Part shown: positions 53,060 through 64,000 of the stretch, piece by piece
Numbering within the stretch: position 1 is the stretch's first letter
Layout: each line of letters starts with the position of its first letter
NCBI GenBank assembly: GCA_035221665.1
Contig: CM069132.1
Coordinates: 63,178,001-63,242,000 of the forward strand
Length of the DNA: 64,000 bases
Reading direction: 5' to 3'
From: Okamejei kenojei
Lineage: Eukaryota
The notes under the pieces: generated by a model
Databases searched by the model: none
Told to the model about the DNA's origin: nothing
Seen by the model: the letters and a program-made list of their open reading frames with translations, nothing else
Made by a program: the position numbers and the translations under genes

Positions 53060-53360
53060 TGGTCAGTTTTTTTCCCAGGATAGAGTAGTCTAAAACTAGA
53101 GGGCATCGAATTATTTTGCGAGGGGAAGGATTAAAGGAGATCCGAGAGGTATCTCTTCCACAGAGTCTGCTGCATATATGGAACAAGTGCCAGAGGAAGT
53201 TGTAGAGGCGGGTACAATTATGATATTTAACTGACACCTGCGCAAGTACACGGATTGAAAAGGTTTAGAGAGTTATGGGCCAATCGCAGGCAAATGGGAG
53301 TAGCTCAGGTCAGCATGGGCAAGTTGGGCCGAAGGACCTGTTTCTGTTCTGTATGACACA
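53060..53360 (+). mobile_element. CR1-type LINE 3' fragment
   Basis: tttttcccagg..ctaaaactagagggcat..tggaacaagtgccagagga..gggccgaaggacctgtttctgttctgtatgac. Confidence 0.75.
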
Positions 53361-53580
53361 TATACACAGTCAATGGCTATAAAATTTGCTGCTCATTTTT
53401 TCGTTCCCTCAAAAAAAACTTAACAGCTCTACATTGTGAAACCCCTAACACAAATAACCCCAATGAATTACTTCTAATCGCATCACATATTAAAAAAACT
53501 TGCATCCTTTACTAAGGATTAAAGGCAGCAGGAAACGAAATGAGGAGGCATTATGGATCAGTCAAGTAGGCGTGAATGAT

Positions 53581-53815
53581 CTGAAGAAGGCTCGACCCGA
53601 AGCGTCACTTATTCCTTTTCTCTAGAGATGCTGTGCTGCTTGGCCCTCTGAGTTACTCCAGCATTTTGAAGAAGGGTCTGGACCCGAAACGTCACCCATT
53701 CCTTCTCTCCATAGATGCTGCCTCACCCGATGAGTTACTCCAGCATTTTGTGTCTACCTTCGATTTTACCAGCATCTGCAGTTCTTTATTTCACATCTGC
53801 AGTTCCTTCCTACAC
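53581..53815 (+). mobile_element. Direct tandem of two PLE termini, each with a mutated HHR core
   Basis: ctgaagaaggctcgacccgaagcgtc at 53581 and ttgaagaagggtctggacccgaaacgtc at 53666-53693. Confidence 0.8.
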
Positions 53816-55974
53816 AATTGTTAGTAGAAGTTGGTGTGCAACAGAATATGTTTAGAATTTTCAAGGAGTCAGTTCTTGTGATGCTATGAGCACAGAACTC
53901 TTTGTAATTTCTCGAAGCCTTCAGCTGACATTCCTGAACAATTTACAGATCCCCAAAATAACACGACTGACCACTTTTCACATAAAAGCTGCCAAATGAG
54001 GAGACTCAGCTGGAGAAATGGACTATGGCGTTCAGGGATGATGAGAGGTGAACAACTGTTGCCCCATGCGGCAGCTTGCTGAAGTTTGGCACCGATCCTA
54101 CTTCTGACAGCCATATTTTAAAGTAATTTATAGTTTCTCAATTGGAGTCCAACCACAAAAATTCAAAATATGGTCACACAGAAAAAAGTTAATGTGTGTG
54201 AATGATGAGTATAAGCCCAAGGGACAGGGTTTCTTGGATTAGATTTTTATGAAGTCTGAGGTTTATGGGTAAATCAACACTTGTGGGTTCATTATGTACA
54301 ATTAGGGTTGCCGTCTGCTTCACTGGTTAAACATTTTGCCCTGAGAGTCCTTGTCAGTTCTCATGATCTGTGTCTGAGATTATGGTGGGGGGTGGGGGGG
54401 GGGGTTACTTGCCAGCGTTTCATTTGTTGGCTGTTAGCTTCATCTGGAAATTCAGACAATGCTGCTCTTCTTGGAAAGTTCACCATAAACTTCCCCTCTT
54501 CAGATCCTTACAAAACGCAAGTCAGCAAGCCCTAATGCTTTGATTTAGCCCCGCTGAGTCTGATTTTGCTCCTTCCCCACACCAGTGCATTCCAAGGGAA
54601 GTCAGTTCCTTATGAATCCTGATCAAGTTATGTAAATAACTCTTCAGACATATACACATGGACACAGCCCACTCTATCTTAAATATTATCAGCTAGGTGG
54701 CTGTTTTACAAGGAACCTGATGGCATTTTCAGTCTTTAAATGCCTTTGAACAGATTTCAAACTCCTGGTTTTCAAATCAGCAATTCATCCAGTAAACTGA
54801 CCTTTAAGCTTGTCTCGGCTATTTTTAATCAGTAAAGATGAAACTACACATTTGATGCCTGTTGTCATTAATAGATCATACTCGGGAAAGAAACTGGTCC
54901 CAGTGACAGCTTTGAATGTTGTTATTATAACTCTTTAAAGGCAAAAAGAGTCAACAGAGTTAAAGGATACCTGGAGGGAAATGAAACAACCACAGGAATC
55001 CCTGTACAGTGTGAACATGCCACATAGGTCAGAGCTGCACTCACATTTAAAGAAACCCTCTGTGCTTCATGCAGCTTCATTTAAAAGACCCTCTTTTCTT
55101 CAAACTTCTATAGCTGTTGCCCATCTTGACCTCAGCCCATATAAAATTACACAAAATCGCACGTTGCAGGTTTCCAAATGTTGTGATTGAAAATAAACGG
55201 AATTGAAACTTCAGCTCACTGATGGAAACCCGAGAGGTGTTTAGCTTTTTTCACTTCGTGTTTTTAGTGTGACGTTAAAGAGACCATCAAAACTTCAAAT
55301 AAAATTGCCTTTAATAGTTGAATGATTCTTCTTGTGCACTACTGAAGACTTGCTGCGTTAAGTGTCACATTTGCAGTCAGTTGCTGAAAGGGCAGACTAC
55401 TCTCTTAAATGAGTGGGAAAAGCTGCATCATACAGATGCTTCAATTGTTCACCTGCAATTGGCAACAATTGTAGTTTCCAATCATGTCAGAGTATCGCAT
55501 ATGCTGACAATACTTATGTTTTCATGGAGACATCTTACCTCTTCCTCAGTTTTTGTGCACTGTGGACATGTTGTCCAAAGAGAAGGAAGGCACAAAATGC
55601 TGCTGTAACTTGGCGGGCCAGGCAGCATCTCTGGAGAGAAGGAATAACCAACATCTGCTGTTCTTTCCTATACATGATGTCCAAAGAGGATGGTGAAGAT
55701 TCTGCTCACTGTGAAAGCAGCTACGAGTAGACAGTCATGATGTTCTCCCAGCGAGTGCAATGAATTGTCAGCAGAGTTGGTAGAGTGGTTGGGGCTTGCC
55801 CTCCATTTATGTGGCAGCAGCGAAAGTTAGTAATTAGCAGATGTCCATGGAAATAAGCCGATTGCACCTCACCCACTCACTGTTCCCCACTTGACCTACA
55901 GTATATTATTGATTATTTCCTTGAGGCTCTTTGGCAGCACTCACAGAAATAAGGAGTGTCTTGGTTCAAGCCCA

Positions 55975-56268
55975 GGTGGCGTAGTGGCAGAGTTGCTGCC
56001 TTACAAAGCCATAGACCCGGGTTCGATCCCGTCTACGGGTGCTGTCTGTACAGTGTTTTTTTTTACGTTCTCCCCGTAACCTGTGTTGGTTTTCCCCGGG
56101 AGCTCCAGTTTCCTCCCACACTCCAAAGACATACAGGTTTGTAGGCTAATTGGCATGATATAATTGTAAATTATCCCAAATGTGTGTGGGATAGTGTTAG
56201 TGTGCAGGGATCGCTGATCGGCATGGACTCGGTGGGTTGAAGGGCCTGTTTCCGCTCTGTATATCTAA
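55975..56268 (+). mobile_element. tRNA-derived V-SINE (HE1-like)
   Basis: ggtggcgtagtggcagagttgctgcc..gacccgggttcgatccc (B box); core ggttttccccgggagctccagtttcctcccacactccaaagac; tail gggttgaagggcctgtttccgctctgta. Confidence 0.88.
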
Positions 56269-56420
56269 AGGGCCTGTCCCACTTGGCAGTTTGTTCAGAG
56301 ACTGCCGGCGTCATATCAGTGTATCACTGATATAAAATGTATTTTTAACATTTCAAAATCCAGCAGCGACAAAAAAAATGTTGCAACACTTGAAAAAACA
56401 CCGCACATCAATACGTCAAA
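56269..56420 (+). mobile_element. Truncated Harbinger-type MITE end
   Basis: TAA followed by agggcctgtcccact, the same TIR as 45083 and 62003. Confidence 0.6.
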
Positions 56421-59400
56421 TGTAGGTGCCATTCATTGAACACTCAGCAATCTGCTGATACCTCAAATAATCCCATTTAATATAAGGCAAAACTCAAGCA
56501 TGTGATGAAACACTCTCCACTTACCTGGATAAATGCAGAGCCAACACATTTCAAGAAGCTCCATAAAACGCAGGACCAAACAGGTTGCTTTGTTACCCCC
56601 ACAACTATCACCAACCATTTGAAACATTCATTCCCTCAAAATCCAGCACAATGTGATTATGATGTGGCTCAAGATGCCCAGAGGTAAGTCAGAAGATATT
56701 TTCTTCATTAGCATCTCCCACTCAATGACCAGCAACACCAGGTGGCCGAGGGCAGATGGGAATGTCAACAGCTGCAAATTCTGCACCTTGGTGTACTCTG
56801 CTCTGACCTGGATATATCAGGCAGGTACAATAGGAACATTTAAAAGACATTATGACAGATCCATGTAGTGGAAAGGTTCAGAGGGATCTGGGCCAAACAT
56901 GGGCAAATGAAATTAGCTTAGATGGAACTTAGAGTTTGGTCAGCATGATTGAGCCAAAGGGCTTGTTTCTGTGCTGTATGACAGTATGACTCTAACATTC
57001 TGGTTCAAAATCTTGCAATTCCAGATCCAGAAACACAGCCGAGTATGTTCAGTACAAGGAGAGCAATCTCGCACCCTAATTTCCCAAGGACAATTTGGGA
57101 ATGCGCTAATTGCTGGTTTTGAGAGCAACGTGTATATTTCTTTGAGTGTAAATTGAAGACAATAATGAGCTGATACTGCCGGGAAGAACTAATCAAATTT
57201 TACGATGTTGGAAAGAAAACAAAATAATAAAACAGATGGTAGAAATCATAAGGGGAAATTTCTATCTTCTTTAATTATAGCAATTAAGTCTGTTAGAAAA
57301 CAATCCTAGATTTTTGACTTAAATTTTATTTGCAATCTCTTGCTAAGTGAAGTGCCCAAGAATCTTCCTGCTGGGGTATGCATGGGTTTTAAAGTGACAT
57401 GCTTTGATTTGTGGCTGGTGAATTATTTACAAGGGTCGCTTCTGGGATGATAGAGGGGATGGGATGCAGCAAGCGACACTGGATCCACATGTATGAACTC
57501 AAGCCCACGCACACAGACAAGGTGAGCTTTTAAAAGCTGGACAGAGTTGTAGCCAATCTGAGCAACCTTCACTGGAGATGTTAGCTTCAGGCCATACAGG
57601 TGTGAGTGTTTACATCCCTGGGGGTCATAATTATCTCAGGGTGGTCTCGATGAAACAAAATAAATATAAAGCAAAACCTAACCAAAATAAAGAGACTCCA
57701 AAGGCACAGATTATATTTGTGACGATTACTCATTTCTGTACAGAACGGAAAAGAAGAGAGAACATAAGGATAGCAATGCCTAAAGCTTTATTTGACATTT
57801 AAAGAGACTATCCATACAAAGAAAAAAGTACCGTTAAGTCTCTCATAGGTTCGTAAAGAACTTAGAAATGATGTATCATTTACAAATGGTAAAATAATTG
57901 ATGATCCTTTTTTTCTATTAATGGCAGATCTTATTGTAAAGATGGTGCCATCAGCATCAGAAATTCTGCTGTTGAGTCTTATTTGTCGATAGTAAAAGAG
58001 GAAAGAGGGCAGAAGCAAGGAAAACCGTGTGGGGCTGCAGGAGCTTCCATGGTGCCCACGAATTGGAAAGTACTTGTTCGCCACAGGCCTCAGGTGTTTT
58101 GCACTTGTTTTTTGTGGCTTAGCATCAAATGCCTGCTATGTTGGTATGCTCGACATCTGTGTGAGATGACCCATGCTGATAAGGTTTGTATCTTACAATC
58201 TGCAAACAAAACACAAAGCCCAGCTGGCTAAAGAGCTTTCTCTGTCTCTGTGAGCCACTCAAAATCAGCATTAAAAAAAACCCTGCAAAAAGCATCAAAA
58301 AAGATGCAAAGACAGCACTGAAAGCCAGAGGCAACAAAGGAGCTGTCACAGAGTCGTGTCCCATTCAGTGTGCTGCCAGCTTGCCTGCTTCTCTTGCGCT
58401 GCTTTCTCAGCTGGTTGCAGCCCTTTTGCCCGAGGCGGGAGCTGCTTGATGGACAGGCCCCGGAGAGCTGGACATGGGCGAGGCAGTTGCTGCAAACACC
58501 TGAGAGAGAGAATGATGAAAGAAAGGCTCAAGGCCATGGCTCGGGGATGGAAGCAGCTCAGATCTGCAGCTGTGGCAGATGACAGCTGTGAAATGTGGTT
58601 TTGGTGAAAAGCAACACAAAATGATTTCTGGCACCAATTCAGGAAAAAATGACAGTGTGCACAAACCGCAGCGATTACAGCACGGAATATGGGCGTTGAC
58701 AGATTCCATTATAGATGCATATCCCATTAAACCAACTTGATTCCTTCGCTTTGCTGTTAGAAAATTCACATGACTTTTCACAAATAAGTTTGCAATACTT
58801 TTTTAAACATTTCCTCACAGTCAGGCAAAATCTTGAGACTTAGGGGCTTGGCTGAGCCTGCTTTGCAGGCCTAAAATGTAGCCTCACCGTGCAGTATGAA
58901 GAGAGGTATTGCAGTGGAGGTGTGAGAAACTAGTGGGACGTCCATAGCAGTGGATCTCTGAACTATTGGGAACCCGTTTATGCAGATTGGCACCACGTAC
59001 TACACATGCCACAATCAATTTCTTCAGGCCGTTAGCAAGCAAGCAGTGCGTCTTGATGGGGCCACTGGAGGCAGCTACAAGCAAAGTGATGTCTCAACCC
59101 TTTTAACTATCAGCTAGGTTTTGCTTATTTTAAACACTTGTTTGTCTTCCCTCTCCCTCAAAGCATGGAAGGCTATGGCCTGCAGCCTGGGTCCTGCAGA
59201 CTCAGCTGAGAACTGATGCTTTGTGTCTGGGGCCATGATGGCGGCCTGCAGCTCCCCGGCAGTAAGTAAAGAGGCATTGGGATCACTTTGCTTTAGTCCT
59301 CCCACTGTGTGCTGCACTGACACTGTAACCTGCCCAAACCATAAGGTCTTCTATCATGGATCAAGAATTTGGGGAAAAAATTGATTTGCTGCTTTGTCGG

Positions 59401-59894
59401 TAATTTGGCAGGCCAGGGTATCACTTAAAGGCTCAGACGTAGAATTGTAGAAACAAACAGCAGAGAAATGGACCTTTGGTTCACCTTTTTTGCTGACCCT
59501 ATCTACATTATGCCACATTCTGTCCCATTTCCCCATGTTAGCCCCTTATCCCTCTATGCCTTTCCTATCCAATTTCCTGTCCAAATGCCTTTTAACTGTC
59601 ATTATTGTATCTGCCTCCACCAATTTCCCTGACTGCTCATTCCAAATATTCACTACTTTGTGTGAAAAACATACCTTCAGTTCTGCCTTAAATTTCTCCC
59701 CTCTCATCTTAAATTCGTACCTCTGGTTTTAGAGTCCTGGGGGAAAAAAATTCTATCTACTCTATCTACGACCCTTTATAATTTTATACACCTCTATAAA
59801 ATCGCCCTCAGCATGCTATGTTTCAATGAGCATAACCCCAGCCTTTTGAATTTCTCATTAACAACAGCTCTTAATTCCAGGCAACATTCTGGTG

Positions 59895-60041
59895 TTTCCC
59901 TGATCCCTGACCAGTCTGAAGAAGGGTCTCGACCCGAAACGTCGCCTATCTCCTTCGCTCCTTAGATGCTGCTGCACCCGCTGAGTTTCTCCAGCTTTTT
60001 GTGTACCCTCGATTCTCCAGCATCTGCAGTTCCTTCTTTAA
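59895..60041 (+). mobile_element. Miniature PLE-terminus insertion with complete HHR core and 12-bp TSD
   Basis: aacattctggtg at 59883-59894 and 60042-60053. Confidence 0.9.
59916..59943 (+). ncRNA. Minimal type I hammerhead ribozyme motif
   Basis: CUGAAGA (59916-22), extra A, stem II GGGUC/GACCC, GAAAC (59936-40), GUC (59941-43); stem III is the palindromic ACGU; stem I only about 2 bp. Confidence 0.7.
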
Positions 60042-60325
60042 AACATTCTGGTGAATCTCTTTTAAACACTCTCTTTTGCAACCACATCCTTCTGTTAGTC
60101 TGGCGACCAGAAATGTATCAAATGCTTTAGATGTTGTCATAGTCATAGCGTCATAGAGTACAGCGTCCACATACAGTGTGGAAACAAGCCCTTTAGCCCA
60201 ACTTGCCCACACTGGCCAACATATCCCAGCTACACTAGTTCCACCTGCTTGCGTTTGGACCATATCCTTCCAAACCTATCCTGTTCATGTACTTGTCTAA
60301 ATGTTTCTTAAACGTTGGGATAATC

Positions 60326-61601
60326 AAAAAAGTCAAAGTCAAAAGAGTTTATTGTCATGTGTCCCTGACAGGACAATGAAATTCTTTCTTTGCATAGCAC
60401 AACAGAACAATAGTAGGCATTGACAATAGTAGGCATTGACTACAATTATATACGTAAATACATACGACTGAATAAATTGATAAAGTGCAAATAACAGATG
60501 GAGGGGTATTAATGTTCAGAGTTTTGTTCGAGCCAAGTTTAATAGCCTGATGGCTGTGGGGAAGTAGTTATTCCTGAACCGGGTCGTTGCAGTTCTCAGG
60601 CTCCTGTACCTTCTACCCGAAGGTAGCAGGGAGATGAGTGTGTGGCCAGGGTGGTGTGGGTCCTTGATGATGCTGCCAGCCTTTTTGAGGCAGCGACTGT
60701 GATAGATCCCCTCGATGGAAGGAAGGTCAGAGCCGATGATGGACTGGGCAGTGTTTACTACTTTTTGTACTCTTTTCCTCTCCAGGGCGCTCAAGTTGCC
60801 GAACCAAGCCACGATGCAACTGGTCAGCAAGCTCTCTACTGTGCACCTGTAGAAGTTAGAGAGAGTCCTCCTTGACAGACCGACTCTCCGTAATCTTCTC
60901 AGGAAGTAGAGGCGCTGATGAGCTTTCTTAATAATTGCATCTGTGTTCTCGGACCAGGAAAGATCTTCACAGATGTGCACGCCCAGGAATTTGAAGCTCT
61001 TGACCCTTTCAACCATCGACCCGTTGATATAAACAGGACTGTGGGTCCCCATCCTATTCCTTCCAGTCCACAATCAGTTCCTTGGTTTTGCTGGCGTTGA
61101 GGGCCAGGTTATTGTGCTGGCACCATATGGACAGTCGCTCGATCTCTCTTCTATACTCTGACTCATCCCCATCAGTGATACATCCCACAACAGTGTGTCG
61201 TCAGCGAACTTGATGATAGAGTTCGCACTATGACTGGCTACGCAGTCATGAGGATAGAATGAGTACAGCAGGGGGCTGAGCACGCAGCTCCCGTGCTGAT
61301 TGTTATTGAGTCTGACACATTTCCACCAATACGAACAGACTGTGGTCTGTGAATGAGGAAGTCAAGGATCCAATTGCAGAGGGATGCGCAGAGACCCAGT
61401 TCTGTGAGTTTGGTAACCAGCTTGGAATGGATGATTGTGTTAAATGCCGAGCTGTAATCGATGAATAACAGCCTGACATATAAGTTTTTGTTGTCCAAGT
61501 GGTCCAGAGCGGAGTGGAGGGCCAGCGAGATCGCATCCACCGTTGATCTGTTGTGGCGGTAAGCGAACTGCAGTGGGTCCAGTTTTTTGTCGAGGTGGAC
61601 A
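60326..61601 (-). mobile_element. 5'-truncated Rex1/Babar LINE (RT pseudogene)
   Basis: [39 protein letters not shown]; LSPLLYS..IIKFADDT; VERVKSFKFLGVHI..AHQRLYFLRRL..LLPSGRRYRS; frameshifted. Confidence 0.93.
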
Positions 61602-62002
61602 AATCCCAGCCTCAACTATCTCATCTGGCAGCTTGTTCCACACCTCCACCACCTTTTGTGTGAATAAGTTACCCCTCAGATTCCTATTAAATCTTTTCAA
61701 CTTCAACTCAAACCTATGTCCTCTCGTCCTCGATTCACCTATACCGGGCAAGAGACTGTGCATCTAGTGGATCAAATCCTCTCATGATTTTATACACCTT
61801 TATAAGATCACCCCTCATCCTCCTGCACTCCAAGGAATAAAGACCCAGCCTACTCAACCTCTTCCTATAGCTCAGACCCTCCAGTCCTGGCAAGATCCTC
61901 GTAACTCTTCTCTTTACCCTTTTCAGCTTGACAAAGTCTTTCCTGTAATATGGTGCCCAGAACTGAACACATTACTCTAAATGCGGCCTCACCAATGTCT
62001 TA

Positions 62003-62557
62003 AGGGGCTGTCCCACTGCAGCGGCCTAATCCGCGAGTTCTGGCAAGTTTGCCCTCGACTCATACTCGCAGCATGGTCGACACGAAGTCCTAGGAGGTCT
62101 TTGCAACTCTCCTTCATGCTCGAGAGTAGTCCCCGCGTACTCGAGGTCTCAGCTAGGTCGCGGCGTATTTTTCAACGTGGAAAAATGCCCGCGAGTAAAA
62201 AAAGGTCGCCATGGAAAAAATCGATACATTTTTTACTCTTAGGTTTAGTCGAAGTAGGTTGTAGTAGGTCGGCATGTTATTCGTAGGTAATTGAGGGCAG
62301 TCGAAGGTAATCGAAGGTAGTCGTAGATCGTCTTCAACATAGTCGAAAGGAGGTCGGAGGGAGGTTGACCGAGATCGAAGGAGGTCGTCTTCACTCTCCA
62401 CTTGTCCAATTTTCCCGAAGCTAGTCTTCAACATAGTCGAAGGAGGTCAAAGGAGGTCTTCTACACAGTCGAAGGAGGTCTTCAACATGATATTTTTTCA
62501 AACTCTCCTAAACTCTTCTAAACTCACTAATTAGGTCACCGCAGTGGGACAGCCCCT
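62003..62557. mobile_element. Harbinger-type MITE (555 bp)
   Basis: Perfect 17-bp TIR aggggctgtcccactgc / gcagtgggacagcccct; TTA TSD at 62000-62002 and 62558-62560; internal gtcgaaggag-type repeats. Confidence 0.92.
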
Positions 62558-62679
62558 TTATACAACAGCAACATAGCCTCCCAACTTTTATACTGAATAC
62601 TTTGACTGATGAAGGCCAATGTGCCAAAAGCCTTTTTGACCATCAACATTTGTCTAACTAATGTTTTTGTAAAACAATA

Positions 62680-62850
62680 TCTTACATTATATAAACATAA
62701 TATATATATGTGACTAACATGACTAACATGTCATCTATATATATTACATACATACATATATATTTATATATATTCACATGTGTGTGTGTATATGTGTGTG
62801 TGTAATGTATGTATATAATATGCGTGTGTGTGTAATATATATATAGATAA
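62680..62850. repeat. (TA)/(TG) microsatellite
   Basis: Visible directly. Confidence 0.85.
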
Positions 62851-62893
62851 TCTGATTATTAAGTTTGTAGATGATAAAAAAATTGGTGGTATC

Positions 62894-63195
62894 ATCCCCA
62901 GGGCCAGATAGGCTGCATCCCAGAGTACTAAATCCCCAGGGCCAGATAGGCTGCATCCCAGAGTACTAAATCCCCAGGGCCAGATAGGCTGCATCCCAGA
63001 GTACTAAATCCCCAGGGCCAGATAGGCTGCATCCCAGAGTACTAAATCCCCAGGGCCAGATAGGCTGCATCCCAGAGTACTAAATCCCCAGGGCCAGATA
63101 GGCTGCATCCCAGAGTACTAAATCCCCAGGGCCAGATAGGCTGCATCCCAGAGTACTAAATCCCCAGGGCCAGATAGGCTGCATCCCAGAGTACT
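62894..63195. repeat. 38-bp minisatellite, ~7.9 identical copies, CR1-derived
   Basis: Unit atccccagggccagataggctgcatcccagagtactaa starts at 62894, 62932, 62970, 63008, 63046, 63084, 63122 and 63160. Confidence 0.97.
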
Positions 63196-64000
63196 TGGGA
63201 TGTACAGAGCTACTTCCTTGCTCAGGAAATAGTGGATGCATTAGTGATACTCTTTCAAAACTCTTTTGATTCTGGAGTAGTTCCTGAGGATTGGCGGGTA
63301 GCAAGCGTAACCCCTCTTTTTAAGAAGGGAGGGAAAGAGAAAACGGGGAATTACAGACCAGTTAGTCTAACATCGGTAGTGGGGAAACTGCTAGAGTCAG
63401 TTATTAAAGATGGGATAGCAGCACATTTGGAAAGTGGTGAAATCATTGGACAAAGTCAGCATGGATTTACAAAAGGTAAATCATGTCTGATGAAACTTGT
63501 GGAATTTTTCGAGAATGTAAGTAGTAGCATGGATAAGGGAGAACCAGTGAATGTGGTATATCTGGACTTCCAGAAGGCTTTCAACAAGGTCCCACATAAG
63601 AGATTAGTATACAAACTTAAAGCATACGGCATTAGGGGTTCAGTATTGATGTGGATAGATACTAGTGGAGTACCGCAGGGCTCAGTGCTGGGACCCCAGC
63701 TATTTACAATATATATTAATGATCTGGATGAGGGAATTGAAGGCAATATCTCCAAGTTTGCGGATGACACTCAGCTGGGGGGCAGTGTTAGCTGTGAGGA
63801 GGATGCTAGGAGACTGCAAGGTGACTTGGATAGGCTGGGTGAGTGGGCAAATGTTTGGCAGATGCAGTATAATGTGGATAAATGTCAGGTTATCCACTTT
63901 GGTGGCAAAAACAGGAAAGCAGACTATTATTTAAATGGTGGCCGAATAGGAAAAGGGGAGATGCAGCGAGACCTGGGTGTCATGGTACACCAGTCATTGA
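63160..64000 (+). mobile_element. CR1-type LINE ORF2 (RT) fragment running off the window end
   Basis: EIVDALVILFQNS..VPEDWRVA..LFKKG..GNYRPVSLTSVVGKLLE..QHGF..YLDFQKAFNKVPH..SGVPQGSVLGP..ISKFADDT; internal deletion near 63660. Confidence 0.95.

Larger units (their letters stand above)
59450..60110 (-). mobile_element. Old CR1-type LINE 3' fragment interrupted by the HHR element
   Basis: ccccttatccctctatgcc..tgtccaaatgccttttaa..ttttatacacctctataaaatcgcccctcagc..caggcaacattctggtg|aatctc. Confidence 0.75.
60135..62642 (-). mobile_element. CR1-type LINE 3' part split by a Rex1/Babar LINE and a MITE
   Basis: 60135-60325 continues at 61602 (aacgttgggataatc|ccagcctcaactatc); ORF 61440-61763 begins with ESRTRGHRFELKLKRFNRNLRGNLFTQKVVEVWNKLP; accaatgtctta|tacaac rejoins across the MITE. 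Confidence 0.8.

Noticed and set aside
55975-56050. tRNA gene (also 39140-39218 on the minus strand)
   Set aside because: A/B boxes continue directly into a V-SINE core and LINE-like tail; these are SINE heads
62894-63195. CRISPR-like regular repeat
   Set aside because: Units are head-to-tail with no spacers, derive from CR1 coding sequence, and there are no cas genes; the context is eukaryotic

Overview
Vertebrate nuclear DNA, most likely a cartilaginous fish (skate/ray-like elasmobranch). This is inferred from HE1/V-SINE-type SINEs, CR1-type LINEs with (TAGAAACA)n tails, Rex1/Babar and RTE LINEs, Neptune-type Penelope-like elements (PLEs) and PIF/Harbinger transposons. I could not recognise any host protein-coding exon: every ORF with a recognisable motif is transposon-derived and disrupted. 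Main signals: (1) roughly 20 short PLE-terminus insertions related to a hammerhead-ribozyme (HHR) motif (CTGAAGA-A-GGGTC-TC-GACCC-GAAAC-GTC), several with 11-14 bp target-site duplications and a recurrent inverted architecture, one with a complete core (59916-59943); (2) a ~14 kb AT-rich but CpG-retaining, TE-poor domain (~20.5-34.2 kb) with two CpG-island promoter-like elements and a divergent pair of CTCF motifs; (3) a frameshifted 2.4 kb Harbinger element plus MITEs sharing its TIR; (4) a perfect 38-bp minisatellite made from CR1 ORF2 sequence at a CR1 5' junction. Family names come from motif recognition without database searches, and boundaries of old repeats are approximate.
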